Part shown: positions 9,226-18,816 of the stretch, in pieces
Layout: each line of letters opens with the position of its first letter
Numbering within the stretch: position 1 is the stretch's first letter
Source of the DNA: a virus
Length of the DNA stretch: 64,000 bases
IMG/VR virus record: IMGVR_UViG_3300028025_003409
Span: 32,001-96,000 of that record
Strand: one strand, 5' to 3'
Translations under genes and position numbers: made by a program
The notes under the pieces: model-generated
Database searches by the model: none
What the model saw: only the letters and a program-made list of their open reading frames with translations
What the model was told of the DNA's origin: nothing

Positions 9226-11589
9226 TTACTTAAGAAGTGTTCCAGTTACCTTGATTGTTGAATCATTTACTGGATCTACTCTTACTTCTACATTTGCACC
9301 AGATACTCGTGCTGTAATGCTTCCTCTTGTACCATTTGTTCCAACGATTGCATATTCTGTGATTGCAATGTTGTCTGATGAGTCTAGAGTAAGAAGTATT
9401 TCAGAAACTTCATTATCTGTTGCGTTGTCAATCTTAACCATTAGTTTTGCTGAACGATAGTCAGCCTTTGGCCATGAATATGCAGTTACTACAACTGATC
9501 CAAGTGATGAAGAAGTTGCTGCAATCTGCTTAGCCTCAGAGTTTACATTTATTTCTGTAAATGCTGTTGTTCCAGCAAGAACATCATCAAGTGCTTCTTG
9601 GGCTGTGGCCTCTGCTGCTGACTGGGCAGTTGATGCTGAACCTGCTGCATCGTATGATGCTGCGGTTGCTGATACTGCTGCTGCATTAAAGTCTGAGATA
9701 TCTGCTGCATCAAGACCAGTTACAGAGATTGTTGCCCCTGTAATGTCAATGTTTGATCCTGCAGTTAGTGCATCTTGCTTTCCTGCTGCAATACCCTGAA
9801 GTGAGTTAAGTGCATCTGGGTCATTGTCAAGTGCTGCTGCCAACTCCTGAAGTGTATTCAAAAGTTCTGGTGCTGAACCAACAAGGTTTCCAACTGCAGT
9901 ATCTGTGTAATCCTCTGCTGCTGAAATTGCCTCTGACTTTGCGGTTGCAATAGCAGAGTTACGATCTGTAACCTCTGTTGAGATTGCAGTTGAAAGTGCT
10001 CCTGCTGCAGTTGCTTCTGCTGCTGCTTGTGCAGCATTTGCCTTTGAAGTAGCATCTGCTGAGGCAGTTGCTTCTGCACCTGACTTAGCGTTATTAGCCT
10101 TAGTTGTGGCATCTGACGCTGCTGCTGCGACTGCATCTGAGTATGCTGTGTTTGCTGAACCTGCTGCATCGTAGTTGATTGCAAGGCCGTCTGCGTAGTC
10201 TTCTGCTGCTTCTTGTGCTGCTGCTGCTGCACCATACATATCGTATGCTGCTGATGTTGCATCAAGTGCTCTTTGGTTTGTGAAGTAAAGGTTTGAACCT
10301 TCTTCAATATCATCTGTATCAAGAAGGTTTATCTGATCCCCAATTGTTCCACCCACAGCATCAATTGCTCGCTGGTTAGTGAAGTATAGGTTTGTTCCTT
10401 CTTCAATGTCTGTTGTGCTTATGTCATTTACCGCAGATGTAATTGCAGAGTTTCTATCTGCTACTTCTTGAGTAATTGCTGCTCCGATTGCAGTGTTACG
10501 GTTTGTAACTTCTGTATCGATAGCAGTTGAAATTGCAGAGTTTCTATCTGCTACTTCTTGTGTAATCTTTCCATCTGTAGCAAGGTTTGATGCTGCTTCT
10601 GCTGCATTCGCCTTAGATGTCGCATCAAGGGCTGCGGTTGCTTCTGCTGCTGCTCGTGCAGCATTTGCCTTTGAAGTTGCATCTGCTGAGGCTGTTGCTT
10701 CGGCTGCAGTCTGTGCTGCTGAAGCGTATCCCTGTGCTGCTGTGTCAAGATCAGAAATTTCTGAGTCAACATATGATGTAGCAGCCTTTGTTCCAACAAG
10801 AGTTGTAAGGTTTGTAATTGTATCTGGTGCATCACCAAGTGCTTGTGCCAACTCATCAAGAGTATTTAGAAGTTCTGGTGCTCCATTAACAAGTGCTGAC
10901 ACTGCAGAGTCTGTATATCCTTCTGCTGCAGAGATTGCTTCTGCCTTTGCTGTAGAGATATCTCCAGTTACTGTTGTATAAAGTGTTGAGTTTGCATTTG
11001 ATGCAGTCAACTCTGCTGCTGCTTGGGCTGCATTTGCCTTTGAAGTAGCATCTGCTGAAGCGGTTGCTTCTGCTGCAGATTGTGCAGCATTTGCCTTTGA
11101 AGTAGCGTCTGCTGCTGCTGTAGTTATAGCATCTGCTTCTGCTTGATCAGCATAAGCCTTAAGTGAAAGATCGAGTAATGATACTTCATCGTCTGTGTAT
11201 GAGTTTGCTGAAGCCTCTGCTGCATCTGCTTTAGATGTTGCATCTGTTGCTGCTGCAGAAATTGCCTGAGACTTTGCTGTTGCAATGTCTGATGTTACTG
11301 TGGTGTACAAAGATGTATCTGCTGCTGTAGCAAAATCTTGTGCTGCAGTCTGTGCTGCTGCTGCTGCGCCTGATTCATCAAATACGCCTGACTTAATATT
11401 TAGTTCGCCAGCAATAACTTCCATCTGTGTTGCTTCAACAGATGTTACAAGTGTTTCTCCACCAATCAAATTAATAATATATTGATCTGATGTATCCTCT
11501 GTAAGTATTTGCTTTCCTGCTACTGTAGCGATTGATCCTTCAACTACCAGGCCATTTTTGACCTTAAAGTTTTTATTTACTGTTGCCAT
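9226..11589 (-). CDS. Long Ala-rich coiled-coil tail fibre
   Basis: Many ADATSKANAA repeats; TxDIEEGxNLYFTNQRA twice; APELLNTL twice. Confidence 0.8.
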   Translation of the reverse strand: MATVNKNFKVKNGLVVEGSIATVAGKQILTEDTSDQYIINLIGGETLVTSVEATQMEVIAGELNIKSGVFDESGAAAAAQTAAQDFATAADTSLYTTVTSDIATAKSQAISAAATDATSKADAAEASANSYTDDEVSLLDLSLKAYADQAEADAITTAAADATSKANAAQSAAEATASADATSKANAAQAAAELTASNANSTLYTTVTGDISTAKAEAISAAEGYTDSAVSALVNGAPELLNTLDELAQALGDAPDTITNLTTLVGTKAATSYVDSEISDLDTAAQGYASAAQTAAEATASADATSKANAARAAAEATAALDATSKANAAEAASNLATDGKITQEVADRNSAISTAIDTEVTNRNTAIGAAITQEVADRNSAITSAVNDISTTDIEEGTNLYFTNQRAIDAVGGTIGDQINLLDTDDIEEGSNLYFTNQRALDATSAAYDMYGAAAAAQEAAEDYADGLAINYDAAGSANTAYSDAVAAAASDATTKANNAKSGAEATASADATSKANAAQAAAEATAAGALSTAISTEVTDRNSAIATAKSEAISAAEDYTDTAVGNLVGSAPELLNTLQELAAALDNDPDALNSLQGIAAGKQDALTAGSNIDITGATISVTGLDAADISDFNAAAVSATAASYDAAGSASTAQSAAEATAQEALDDVLAGTTAFTEINVNSEAKQIAATSSSLGSVVVTAYSWPKADYRSAKLMVKIDNATDNEVSEILLTLDSSDNIAITEYAIVGTNGTRGSITARVSGANVEVRVDPVNDSTIKVTGTLLK

Positions 11590-11602
11590 TTTTTATATCT
11601 CC

Positions 11603-12049
11603 TTAAGCCTTTAGTCCAATTCGTGCAAAACGAACTGTTATAGGTGTTAAACCGCCTACTGGAGTGACTGATAAAGCCACGGTATTTCCAGAGCGGGAGA
11701 CATTAATGGTGCCAATATTCCCATCAGTGTCGACTGTTCCGTATTCGGTTACATTTATGTTTGTACCGTCAACAAGAACAGTTAATTCTGTTGCATAAAA
11801 TTTATTATCGCCTTGCGATGTCTTTGATATTGAAACAATATACTTGACCATACGAAAAACCGTTGCATCGAAGTTGTCAACGACTGTAGTCATCTCAATT
11901 CCGTTTACTGTTGTTTCGTTATTACCTGCTGTACCCAAATCTGTTGCTTGGGATGACAGAGTGTCGATGAGATCTACGTAATCTTCTTGGGTAGGACGAT
12001 CACCAGTTTGAAACTTTAACTTAACATTCGGAATTGTGAGTTTGGCCAT
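11603..12049 (-). CDS. Structural protein sharing its C-terminal beta domain with 9226-11589
   Basis: FQTGDRPTQEDY N-terminus; RxxKxxV...E...TEY.xVxT pattern in both proteins. Confidence 0.6.
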   Translation of the reverse strand: MAKLTIPNVKLKFQTGDRPTQEDYVDLIDTLSSQATDLGTAGNNETTVNGIEMTTVVDNFDATVFRMVKYIVSISKTSQGDNKFYATELTVLVDGTNINVTEYGTVDTDGNIGTINVSRSGNTVALSVTPVGGLTPITVRFARIGLKA

Positions 12050-12082
12050 GCTGTAATTATAACATGCTTTTTAATAGGATAA

Positions 12083-12307
12083 TTAGAGAATATAGTTGCT
12101 GTAGCCAATAACCTGAAGTGGAATTGCGGGGGTATTTCCTAAACCAATAGCCTGAATCTGAATGGCTGTAAACTTAACCCTAAAAGGAAGTATTTCAGTT
12201 ATTAAAGTATTTATTGCTATATCTTCTATCTTAACCAATGAGTATTCTATTGGAAAGATTCGCTCTGTTTTATTGTTTAGTTCATCAAGAATTAATGCTG
12301 TGGCCAT
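12083..12307 (-). CDS. Hypothetical protein (structural module)
   Basis: 74 aa ORF translationally coupled to the upstream gene. Confidence 0.55.
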   Translation of the reverse strand: MATALILDELNNKTERIFPIEYSLVKIEDIAINTLITEILPFRVKFTAIQIQAIGLGNTPAIPLQVIGYSNYIL

Positions 12308-12717
12308 TAATCTGTTACATCTTCAAGAATCTTCATGCTACCCTGGCAAACTGTCCATACTCTTGTTGGATCACTAACCTGGATATCAAAGATGTCTCCT
12401 GTCTGTAAAACATTAGATTCTTCTGCTGTAAGCCAAACCGTAAACTCTCCGACTAGGTCATCTTCATCTGCAACTGGATGCAGAGCCATAATTGTTGTAG
12501 CGTCATCTGTAATAACTCCAGGCTTTGATGTGGGTCTTTTAATTTTCATAGCAATGTCCCACTCAGATCCTTCGCCTTTTAGAACTAAAGGCTGCTTTGC
12601 ATCATCTGTTACATAAACTTTAAATCCAGACGTGTCTCCACGAACAACAGTCCAAATAACTGTAGGAGGTTTATTTCCTATGTCGTATGATGTTTGAGAT
12701 CCTCTTAAAGTTGCCAT
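12307..12717 (-). CDS. Baseplate/adaptor-like protein (GDT family, related to 17262-17621 and 18436-18816)
   Basis: W.VVRGDT N-terminus and FDIQV...WT..G...DVT C-terminus. Confidence 0.55.
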   Translation of the reverse strand: MATLRGSQTSYDIGNKPPTVIWTVVRGDTSGFKVYVTDDAKQPLVLKGEGSEWDIAMKIKRPTSKPGVITDDATTIMALHPVADEDDLVGEFTVWLTAEESNVLQTGDIFDIQVSDPTRVWTVCQGSMKILEDVTD

Positions 12718-12735
12718 TGTTTTATTATATCACTA

Positions 12736-13257
12736 TTAAGACAAACCGTCTTTAAGTGCTCCCCATGTTCCGTTTCCTTTTGCCTCTACAATAATTACTC
12801 CTGTGTTTGATGCATGTGCAACAACTCCAACTGCCCCTGAGCCACCTGTAGGTCTAACATTTGTTAACCCACCAGATGTTCCAACATACAGCACATCACC
12901 ATTTTCAAATCCAGATGTATTTATATTTTCCATAACCCCTGCAACTACTGCAATCCCATCAGATCCGTTTGCTACTGGAGTTTTTAATAATCCCAATATT
13001 GGAGATTCGGTCAAAGGCAGTGCCTTTGCAATTGTAGTTTTTGTTGTATGACCAGTCGCATATACTGGTGTTCCTGCAGGTAAATTTTCTCCGCTATTAT
13101 TTAAAATTCCAAGTTGAAATTGAGATAATCCAAGTGGTGGCAAGATAACCATTAATCTATCTACAAGTGATTCAATATCCTCGTGTACATTTACTGGGTC
13201 ATTTGCAAGCGGGTATGGTAATTTAAATAACGCATCATTAGTATTTCCAGTAGCCAT
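12736..13257 (-). CDS. Structural protein (capsid-cement-like beta fold)
   Basis: NNSGENLPAGTPVY...GDVLYVGTSGGLT pattern. Confidence 0.5.
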   Translation of the reverse strand: MATGNTNDALFKLPYPLANDPVNVHEDIESLVDRLMVILPPLGLSQFQLGILNNSGENLPAGTPVYATGHTTKTTIAKALPLTESPILGLLKTPVANGSDGIAVVAGVMENINTSGFENGDVLYVGTSGGLTNVRPTGGSGAVGVVAHASNTGVIIVEAKGNGTWGALKDGLS

Positions 13258-13362
13258 AGTATATTTATTATACCACCTTCTAAAGTTGACTTTTGGTAAA
13301 ATTTTGTGTTATACTAGGTGTAGACACCTACCAGGGTGTTATTGTTTTCTAAGGAGGAAACT

Positions 13363-13926
13363 ATGATTAAATTTATCGAAAGAAACAAAGAGATCATTAG
13401 CACACTCAGTATTGTATTGTTAGTAGCGATATCTTCTAATGCTGCTAATGCTGCTCCAGAACTAAATACGAAAAATAATCTTAGCCTTGAACAGGCTCAG
13501 ACATCGGAAACCGCCTCGAAAGAGGTTTTTTTGGTTTCTAAGACAAAAAAACTAGAGAGTTTTGAGAATAAGGTTTCTCTAACTGATTTAGAACTAAAAG
13601 AACTACTTTCGCTAGTAGGCTTCAAGGGCAAAGACCTTGTTGTTGCTTGGGCAGTGGCTAAGAAAGAGTCCAATGGGCGACCATTGGCTTTTAATGGCAA
13701 TCACAAGACTGGTGACTCATCTTATGGTATGTTCCAAATCAATATGATTGATACCCTTGGTCCTGATCGTAGAACCAAGTTTGATCTTGACTCTAACGCT
13801 GAACTATTCAATCCCGTCAAAAACGCAGAGATTGCATACTACATGACTAACGGTGGAGAAGATTGGTCCTCATGGAAAGGCATTACTCCAAGAACCAAAT
13901 CCTGGATGGCTAAATTTCCTAAGTAG
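13363..13926 (+). CDS. Secreted lysozyme-like/lytic transglycosylase
   Basis: AAGGAGG RBS before ATG 13363; signal-peptide-like N-terminus; AVAKKESNG (catalytic Glu), SYGMFQIN, FNPVKNA, WSSW. Confidence 0.8.
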   Translation: MIKFIERNKEIISTLSIVLLVAISSNAANAAPELNTKNNLSLEQAQTSETASKEVFLVSKTKKLESFENKVSLTDLELKELLSLVGFKGKDLVVAWAVAKKESNGRPLAFNGNHKTGDSSYGMFQINMIDTLGPDRRTKFDLDSNAELFNPVKNAEIAYYMTNGGEDWSSWKGITPRTKSWMAKFPK

Positions 13927-13937
13927 TTTATTAAAAG

Positions 13938-13968
13938 ATAGGGGGCCTTTATTGGCCCCTTATTTTTT
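13938..13968. terminator. Bidirectional intrinsic terminator
   Basis: GGGGCC-TTTATT-GGCCCC hairpin flanked by A and T tracts between convergent genes. Confidence 0.7.
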
Positions 13969-14210
13969 TACCATTTTTTAATTGGACATTCTGCATACTT
14001 TAAGTGTGTCTTTAGTTTCATGAAGCAGCCACACTGTTTACATGTTGCTGTTAATTTTATTAATTCTGGACAAGATTTGCAAATATCTAGTCTTTCAAAA
14101 GCAATGTCTTCAGATACTCTGTTTCCAGGCTTTATGATGTCCCAAGGCTTAACTTCTCCCATATTTTTTCTAAATCTGTCCCATATTTTTTCATCTGAGT
14201 TTTCTTCCAT
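13968..14210 (-). CDS. Small Cys-rich protein (DUF6171-like)
   Basis: RLDICKSCP...TCKQCGCFM..KT.L...CPIKKW. Confidence 0.7.
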   Translation of the reverse strand: MEENSDEKIWDRFRKNMGEVKPWDIIKPGNRVSEDIAFERLDICKSCPELIKLTATCKQCGCFMKLKTHLKYAECPIKKW

Positions 14211-14228
14211 ACTACAATTTTATCACAA

Positions 14229-15497
14229 CTAGACCTTAGAGTTGTGTACTACCATATTTCCAGCAATAATAGTGTCTACTGGGAAAGCGTTAAACTTAAA
14301 GACATTTCTTATTTCTTCAATATAGTCAAGTGAAGATACTGGAGTTGCTACCATTCCAGAATCTGTTGGCTCAAAAATAAAGTCATTTTCTGTCACTGTT
14401 TTTGCCTCAACAAATATATGTGAATCTAGGCGTTTAATAAGAACTTTTTCTTCTGGGGTAAATCTCTTTGTTTTATCACCATTAAAGTATAAGGTTGTAT
14501 CTTTTGTTGATGGGCTAATCTGTACAATTTCAGATTGAACCCTTTTAACATTTTTAAGATTTTCTGGGTAAATTGTTGATGCTCCAGGGTCTTGCAGATC
14601 ATCAAGTAGTCCATCCCAAGTGATAGACCAAATTTTATCTCCAAGGACAATATCTTTTGCTGCCTTAAACTCAACAGAGTTTTCATATCCAACAATCTGA
14701 ATAAGTGTATCTTCATCAATACATACTGTGAGTGGTACGAAGGAGTATGTTGGTGTAAAGGAGTAAGGAGTAAAAGTATAAGGAGTAAATGTATACGCAG
14801 GTGTTGGTGTGAATGTGTAAGTAGGTGCTGTTGGTGTAAAGGTATAGGCAGTTGGAGTAAATGTGTAAGCAGGTGTTGGAGTAAATGAATACGGAGTAAA
14901 TGAATAAACTGGACTACAAGTTGCTGCAGCAATTGGGGATGGGCCTTCTTCTGGACCTGGTGCACAATTAAAGTTGTTTCCAGGACCAAGTTCTCCCATT
15001 TGTGTAAGCAATTGCTGAACTTGTGAACAAGTCTTATTTGGCCAGAAGTAAGGACCAACCACTGATCCATCTGCACCAGATGCTGGGTTGGAACAGTGTG
15101 TGTACCATACACCAGTTGCGGCAACTGGAGTAAATGAGTATGGAGTAAATGAGTATGGAGTAAATGTATATGCGGTTGGAGTAAATGTATATGCGGTTGG
15201 AGTAAATGTGTATGCAGTTGGAGTAAAAGAATAAGGAGTAAAAGAATAAGGAGTAAAAGAAAAATTATAGTATGTATAAGAAACATTTGTTTCGTAGTCT
15301 ACAAGAGAATCAAATGATGGATTTTGAGATGCAATTTTTTGATTTAAAGAATCATCTGCCGTATCTGTTGAACCAGTCTCCAGTGGAACAAGTCCATTAC
15401 TAACAATTGATGATGAGGCAGTTGTTCTAGTCAAACCAGAAAGATTAGGTACTTTTACCATACCCTTTAAAGATGACCAAAAACCAAAATTTAGCAT
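14229..15497 (-). CDS. PASTA-like domain, YSFTP/YTFTP repeats, 4-Cys insert and C-terminal Hint domain
   Basis: VKVPNLSGLT...IASQNP (PASTA-like); 17 pentapeptides; CIDEDTLI...VVHN-SKV closely similar to 5792-6274. Confidence 0.85.
   Translation of the reverse strand: MLNFGFWSSLKGMVKVPNLSGLTRTTASSSIVSNGLVPLETGSTDTADDSLNQKIASQNPSFDSLVDYETNVSYTYYNFSFTPYSFTPYSFTPTAYTFTPTAYTFTPTAYTFTPYSFTPYSFTPVAATGVWYTHCSNPASGADGSVVGPYFWPNKTCSQVQQLLTQMGELGPGNNFNCAPGPEEGPSPIAAATCSPVYSFTPYSFTPTPAYTFTPTAYTFTPTAPTYTFTPTPAYTFTPYTFTPYSFTPTYSFVPLTVCIDEDTLIQIVGYENSVEFKAAKDIVLGDKIWSITWDGLLDDLQDPGASTIYPENLKNVKRVQSEIVQISPSTKDTTLYFNGDKTKRFTPEEKVLIKRLDSHIFVEAKTVTENDFIFEPTDSGMVATPVSSLDYIEEIRNVFKFNAFPVDTIIAGNMVVHNSKV
14241..14723 (-). 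other. Second Hint/intein-like domain (161 aa)
   Basis: Cys1; FTPEE in block B; identical C-terminus RNVFKFNAFPVDTIIAGNMVVHNSKV. Confidence 0.8.
14733..15263 (-). repeat. Two blocks (8 + 9) of (Y/F)(S/T)F(T/V)P repeats flanking a Cys-rich domain
   Basis: Direct translation. Confidence 0.95.
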
Positions 15498-15504
15498 CTT
15501 TAAC

Positions 15505-16137
15505 CTAAGCCGTCAGGTCACCAAGAAGTAGCCAGGTGTTAGTGTCAACTTTTGTAAGAACTGCACCAGAGTACCTAGAGGATATCTTTTTGTTTGAGTT
15601 TTTGCTGTTAATAATTACACCTGGTGTTGCACCTGCAAAAGAAACTGCCCCAGTTCCATACCGAATAAACTCAATTTTTTGCCCTATAGAAAAGGCTGCA
15701 ACACTGTTTAATGGAATGGTTATAACAATATCTGAAGAAGACTCTACAGAAATAGTTTTTCCTGAATCAGATTTTGCAACGGTATAGTCAGAAGTCTTTG
15801 TAACAAATGTTGCAGAATCGTTTACATATCTCCAAGCAGATCCAGAATAATACTGGACTTGGTCTATTGGTGTTCCATCATCTTCTTGTCTAACAAAACA
15901 AACTAAGCCTGCTGTTGGAGATGTTAAAACAGCGTCTCTTGCTGTTGGGTTTTGAAAATTATTAATTCCGCCCTTGGCTTTAATAACATTATTAAATGTA
16001 GTTGCTGCGGAGAATGTTTGCTCGGCTGACCAAGTATATTCTTGATTTGTATTTACTGATCCACCAATAGCGTACCAAGTATCGTCAGATTCGTTGTATA
16101 TATAAGCATTCTTTCCATCAGTATTAATTGTTGCCAT
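15505..16137 (-). CDS. Tail fibre-associated protein
   Basis: C-terminus (KTSDYT...F.IG..I...G.G.V...W...GDLTA) homologous to the C-terminus of 7180-8691. Confidence 0.7.
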   Translation of the reverse strand: MATINTDGKNAYIYNESDDTWYAIGGSVNTNQEYTWSAEQTFSAATTFNNVIKAKGGINNFQNPTARDAVLTSPTAGLVCFVRQEDDGTPIDQVQYYSGSAWRYVNDSATFVTKTSDYTVAKSDSGKTISVESSSDIVITIPLNSVAAFSIGQKIEFIRYGTGAVSFAGATPGVIINSKNSNKKISSRYSGAVLTKVDTNTWLLLGDLTA

Positions 16138-16248
16138 CTGAAGTTATCCCCAATGCTCTTAGTTCTGCTTCTGTAAAACCTAGTGCAACAAATTTTGCAA
16201 TAGCATTTTCCTTAAATTCTTGATCTATTGTCTTTTCTTTTTTAGCCA

Positions 16249-16677
16249 TTATGCACCAATCTCTTTCCACTCGGTTCCACTGTAAACATATATTTTAAGT
16301 GGAGAAGAATCTGAGTCAACCCATAATGTACCAGTTGATGGAGATGCAGGAGATGTTGTAGAATATTGTGCTTGAGCATATTGAACTGATGCAGAGATGC
16401 CAGAATCTGAGTCTAGCCAAACATACCCATTTCCAATACCAGTTGGCTGGGTTGTTGAAACGGTGGATCCAAGTCCACGATTGTTAATAACAGTAATATC
16501 TGCTTCAATTCTTTTTAAGTTACCAGCCAAAGAAGTTGATAATATCTCTGACTGATTAGAAGGTGGTGTTGTGGTTCCATATAAAAATAATTTTAAAGCC
16601 TCTTGAATATCTGCAGACTCATTGTAGGATGGCACTTTAGTGTCATAAGGTCCGTTAAGATTGATATTATCTGCCAT
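16249..16677 (-). CDS. Structural/fibre protein
   Basis: Two P..G.xWxDSD repeats typical of phage fibres. Confidence 0.6.
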   Translation of the reverse strand: MADNINLNGPYDTKVPSYNESADIQEALKLFLYGTTTPPSNQSEILSTSLAGNLKRIEADITVINNRGLGSTVSTTQPTGIGNGYVWLDSDSGISASVQYAQAQYSTTSPASPSTGTLWVDSDSSPLKIYVYSGTEWKEIGA

Positions 16678-16695
16678 TATTCATCTCCCCCAAAA

Positions 16696-17259
16696 TTATA
16701 CCACAGAAATAAGTAGTTCTACTACTTTCTGTCCGACCACTTCTACCCAGTTGGAGTTGTTTAGTTCGATTGCATTGACAATAATCTTAAGCGCTCTGAC
16801 CTGATTGTCTGTAATGATCTCTAAAGATTTCACGGTAGTTATGATTGGCAAATCATTGACAATAGACTTTTGAACATTGATCTTATCAATAGTGACGGTT
16901 GCAACAAGGTCTTCTGGGACAATGCTAATAAGTGGAATAATAATCTGAGCATTACCGCCTATAAAGTCAGAAACAACGCTCTTACTAGTAAAGTTTGGGA
17001 TAATCTTTAAGATCTGTCTCCAACTGTTTACTCCATCAGCATTCTGATACTGGTACAAAAACAGGTAAGACTCATCTTGTGGATCTACATTTATATACAT
17101 GTCTAAAAGGTTTGGACTTAGTTCTGCTGTATTTGGAAAACCATTTCCAACAAACCAATAACTTCCTCTTTTCCCTGTTGGACCAATATCAAGATCTACT
17201 GAAATTTTAGAAGGACCACCTAAAACAGTTATATCGTCTGTAGAATAAATCTCAGGCAT
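16696..17259 (-). CDS. Structural protein
   Basis: GPTGKRGSYWFVGNG motif; lies within the tail operon. Confidence 0.55.
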   Translation of the reverse strand: MPEIYSTDDITVLGGPSKISVDLDIGPTGKRGSYWFVGNGFPNTAELSPNLLDMYINVDPQDESYLFLYQYQNADGVNSWRQILKIIPNFTSKSVVSDFIGGNAQIIIPLISIVPEDLVATVTIDKINVQKSIVNDLPIITTVKSLEIITDNQVRALKIIVNAIELNNSNWVEVVGQKVVELLISVV

Positions 17260-17261
17260 AT

Positions 17262-17621
17262 TTAGACTCCTTGAGTTACGTCTGCTGTAACAGTAACTGT
17301 TCCAGTTAGGATTGTATATACAAGTGGGTATGGCGTTGCGCTTTTGCTAATCTGAATATCATAAACATACTGTGTACCAGCAGTTAATTGTGCTCCATCT
17401 GCTGGTCTAATCGCACAGATTGCTTTTGTAGGGTCATCTGCACTGACTACAGCGTAGCACTCTACTGGAGTTGTTCCAGATCCTCTTTGTGTAGATATCG
17501 AAAACTTGATTGTGTAGCCAGACATGATAAAAGCGGATCCATCGCTTTGTTTTGGGTAGATAGAAAAATCTTGAGTATCACCCTTGTAGTATGTTAAGTT
17601 TAGTTCTCCTGGAAATGCCAT
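17262..17621 (-). CDS. Baseplate/adaptor-like protein (GDT family)
   Basis: YYKGDT...YVYDIQI...ILTGTVTVTADVT. Confidence 0.6.
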   Translation of the reverse strand: MAFPGELNLTYYKGDTQDFSIYPKQSDGSAFIMSGYTIKFSISTQRGSGTTPVECYAVVSADDPTKAICAIRPADGAQLTAGTQYVYDIQISKSATPYPLVYTILTGTVTVTADVTQGV

Positions 17622-17627
17622 ACTTTA

Positions 17628-18329
17628 TTATACCACGCCGACATAAATAGAATTGAGGATAATTGATGATTCGTGATCAGTTCTAAACTGAGGAATAGCC
17701 CCTTCGCTCCAAGACCACTTATCTTCTATAAATATTTGCTGGGTTACTGACATTGGGTAGGTAGTTTGATATTTAAAGGATCCCAAAAATTGACAAATAT
17801 TCTGTTTTGATTTTGAAGAATATGTCCTTGCCCACAATTCTGTTCCTGTTTGAAAGGTAGTTACCTCAAAATTATATGTAACAAAAACTTGTGCTCCTAC
17901 GTTAAGCCCAAGAAAATTAATTCTTCTTGAATCTTGATTCCAAAGACTAGTGCATCCTTTTGGCAAAAATTTTTCATCTGCTTCCTTTTGATTTGACAAA
18001 AATACATCTACCCAACCGTCTACACCTTTGTCTGCCCCCAAGCGTATTTCTTTTCCTTGTCCTGAGTAGTAACTTGCCCAACCAGACTGCTGTCCAGAAG
18101 AAGACACTGATGATGCTCCGTCTTTTCCTTTGGGCCCTTGTTCTCCCCTAGGTCCTTGAGGTCCTTCTGGCCCCTGCTTTCCTGGCTCACCCCTTGGACC
18201 TTCTGGTCCTGGAAGTGGAAGAAATACTTGATTGCTTTCTGAATTTTCAGTTGCCTGCATCTGTTGAACTTGTGCAGCATATGAGGATTTTCTTGCGTTT
18301 GGAAAGTCCATAGATTTAGAAGAGGCCAT
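17628..18329 (-). CDS. Collagen-repeat protein
   Basis: About 11 G-X-Y triplets: GPEGPRGEPGKQGPEGPQGPRGEQGPKGKDGAS. Confidence 0.85.
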   Translation of the reverse strand: MASSKSMDFPNARKSSYAAQVQQMQATENSESNQVFLPLPGPEGPRGEPGKQGPEGPQGPRGEQGPKGKDGASSVSSSGQQSGWASYYSGQGKEIRLGADKGVDGWVDVFLSNQKEADEKFLPKGCTSLWNQDSRRINFLGLNVGAQVFVTYNFEVTTFQTGTELWARTYSSKSKQNICQFLGSFKYQTTYPMSVTQQIFIEDKWSWSEGAIPQFRTDHESSIILNSIYVGVV

Positions 18330-18435
18330 AACAGCATTATCTCACTATTTTATTTATTTACTTTAAAAACTTTATCTTTGATTTTAATTACTGGTGGCAA
18401 CTCAGGTCTAGGAGTTGTAACTTTTACTACAGCCA

Positions 18436-18816
18436 TTATAGACTTCCTGTAATATCACCAATGACCGAAATAGTTCCAATCAAAGGTGTCCAGATTGTTT
18501 CTCCATCAATGGTTACTTGAAGATCAAAAGTTAATTCTGTTACAACTGATTTAAATCCAATACCCCAAAACTGAGTAATTGATGCTGGGGCCATAATGTC
18601 GACATATCCAACTCCTGGTGTAATTTCCAGGGAATCAAGAAAATCAGACTGAGGATCATAAGAGGTAGCCTCATAGGTCCAATCGGAGGTATCAAAATAT
18701 GTTGCTTCGTCATCCTGCAAGAATTCAACACGAAGCGGAGAGGTATCTCCTCTAACGATATTCCATTTGATACGAGCAGGGTCTGCTCCAAAAATCTCAG
18801 GTGCACAAAGAGTCAT
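18436..18816 (-). CDS. Baseplate/adaptor-like protein (GDT family)
   Basis: WNIVRGDT...FDLQV...WT..GTISVIGDIT. Confidence 0.55.
   Translation of the reverse strand: MTLCAPEIFGADPARIKWNIVRGDTSPLRVEFLQDDEATYFDTSDWTYEATSYDPQSDFLDSLEITPGVGYVDIMAPASITQFWGIGFKSVVTELTFDLQVTIDGETIWTPLIGTISVIGDITGSL

Noticed and set aside
5792-14723. Selfish mobile inteins
   Set aside because: No homing endonuclease, only a 3-residue C-extein, and not inserted in a conserved enzyme; better described as BIL/Hint processing domains
6280-15286. His/Leu- and Gln-rich ORFs (6280-6504, 9858-10322, 10551-10859, 14426-15286)
   Set aside because: Alternative-frame shadows of repetitive real genes
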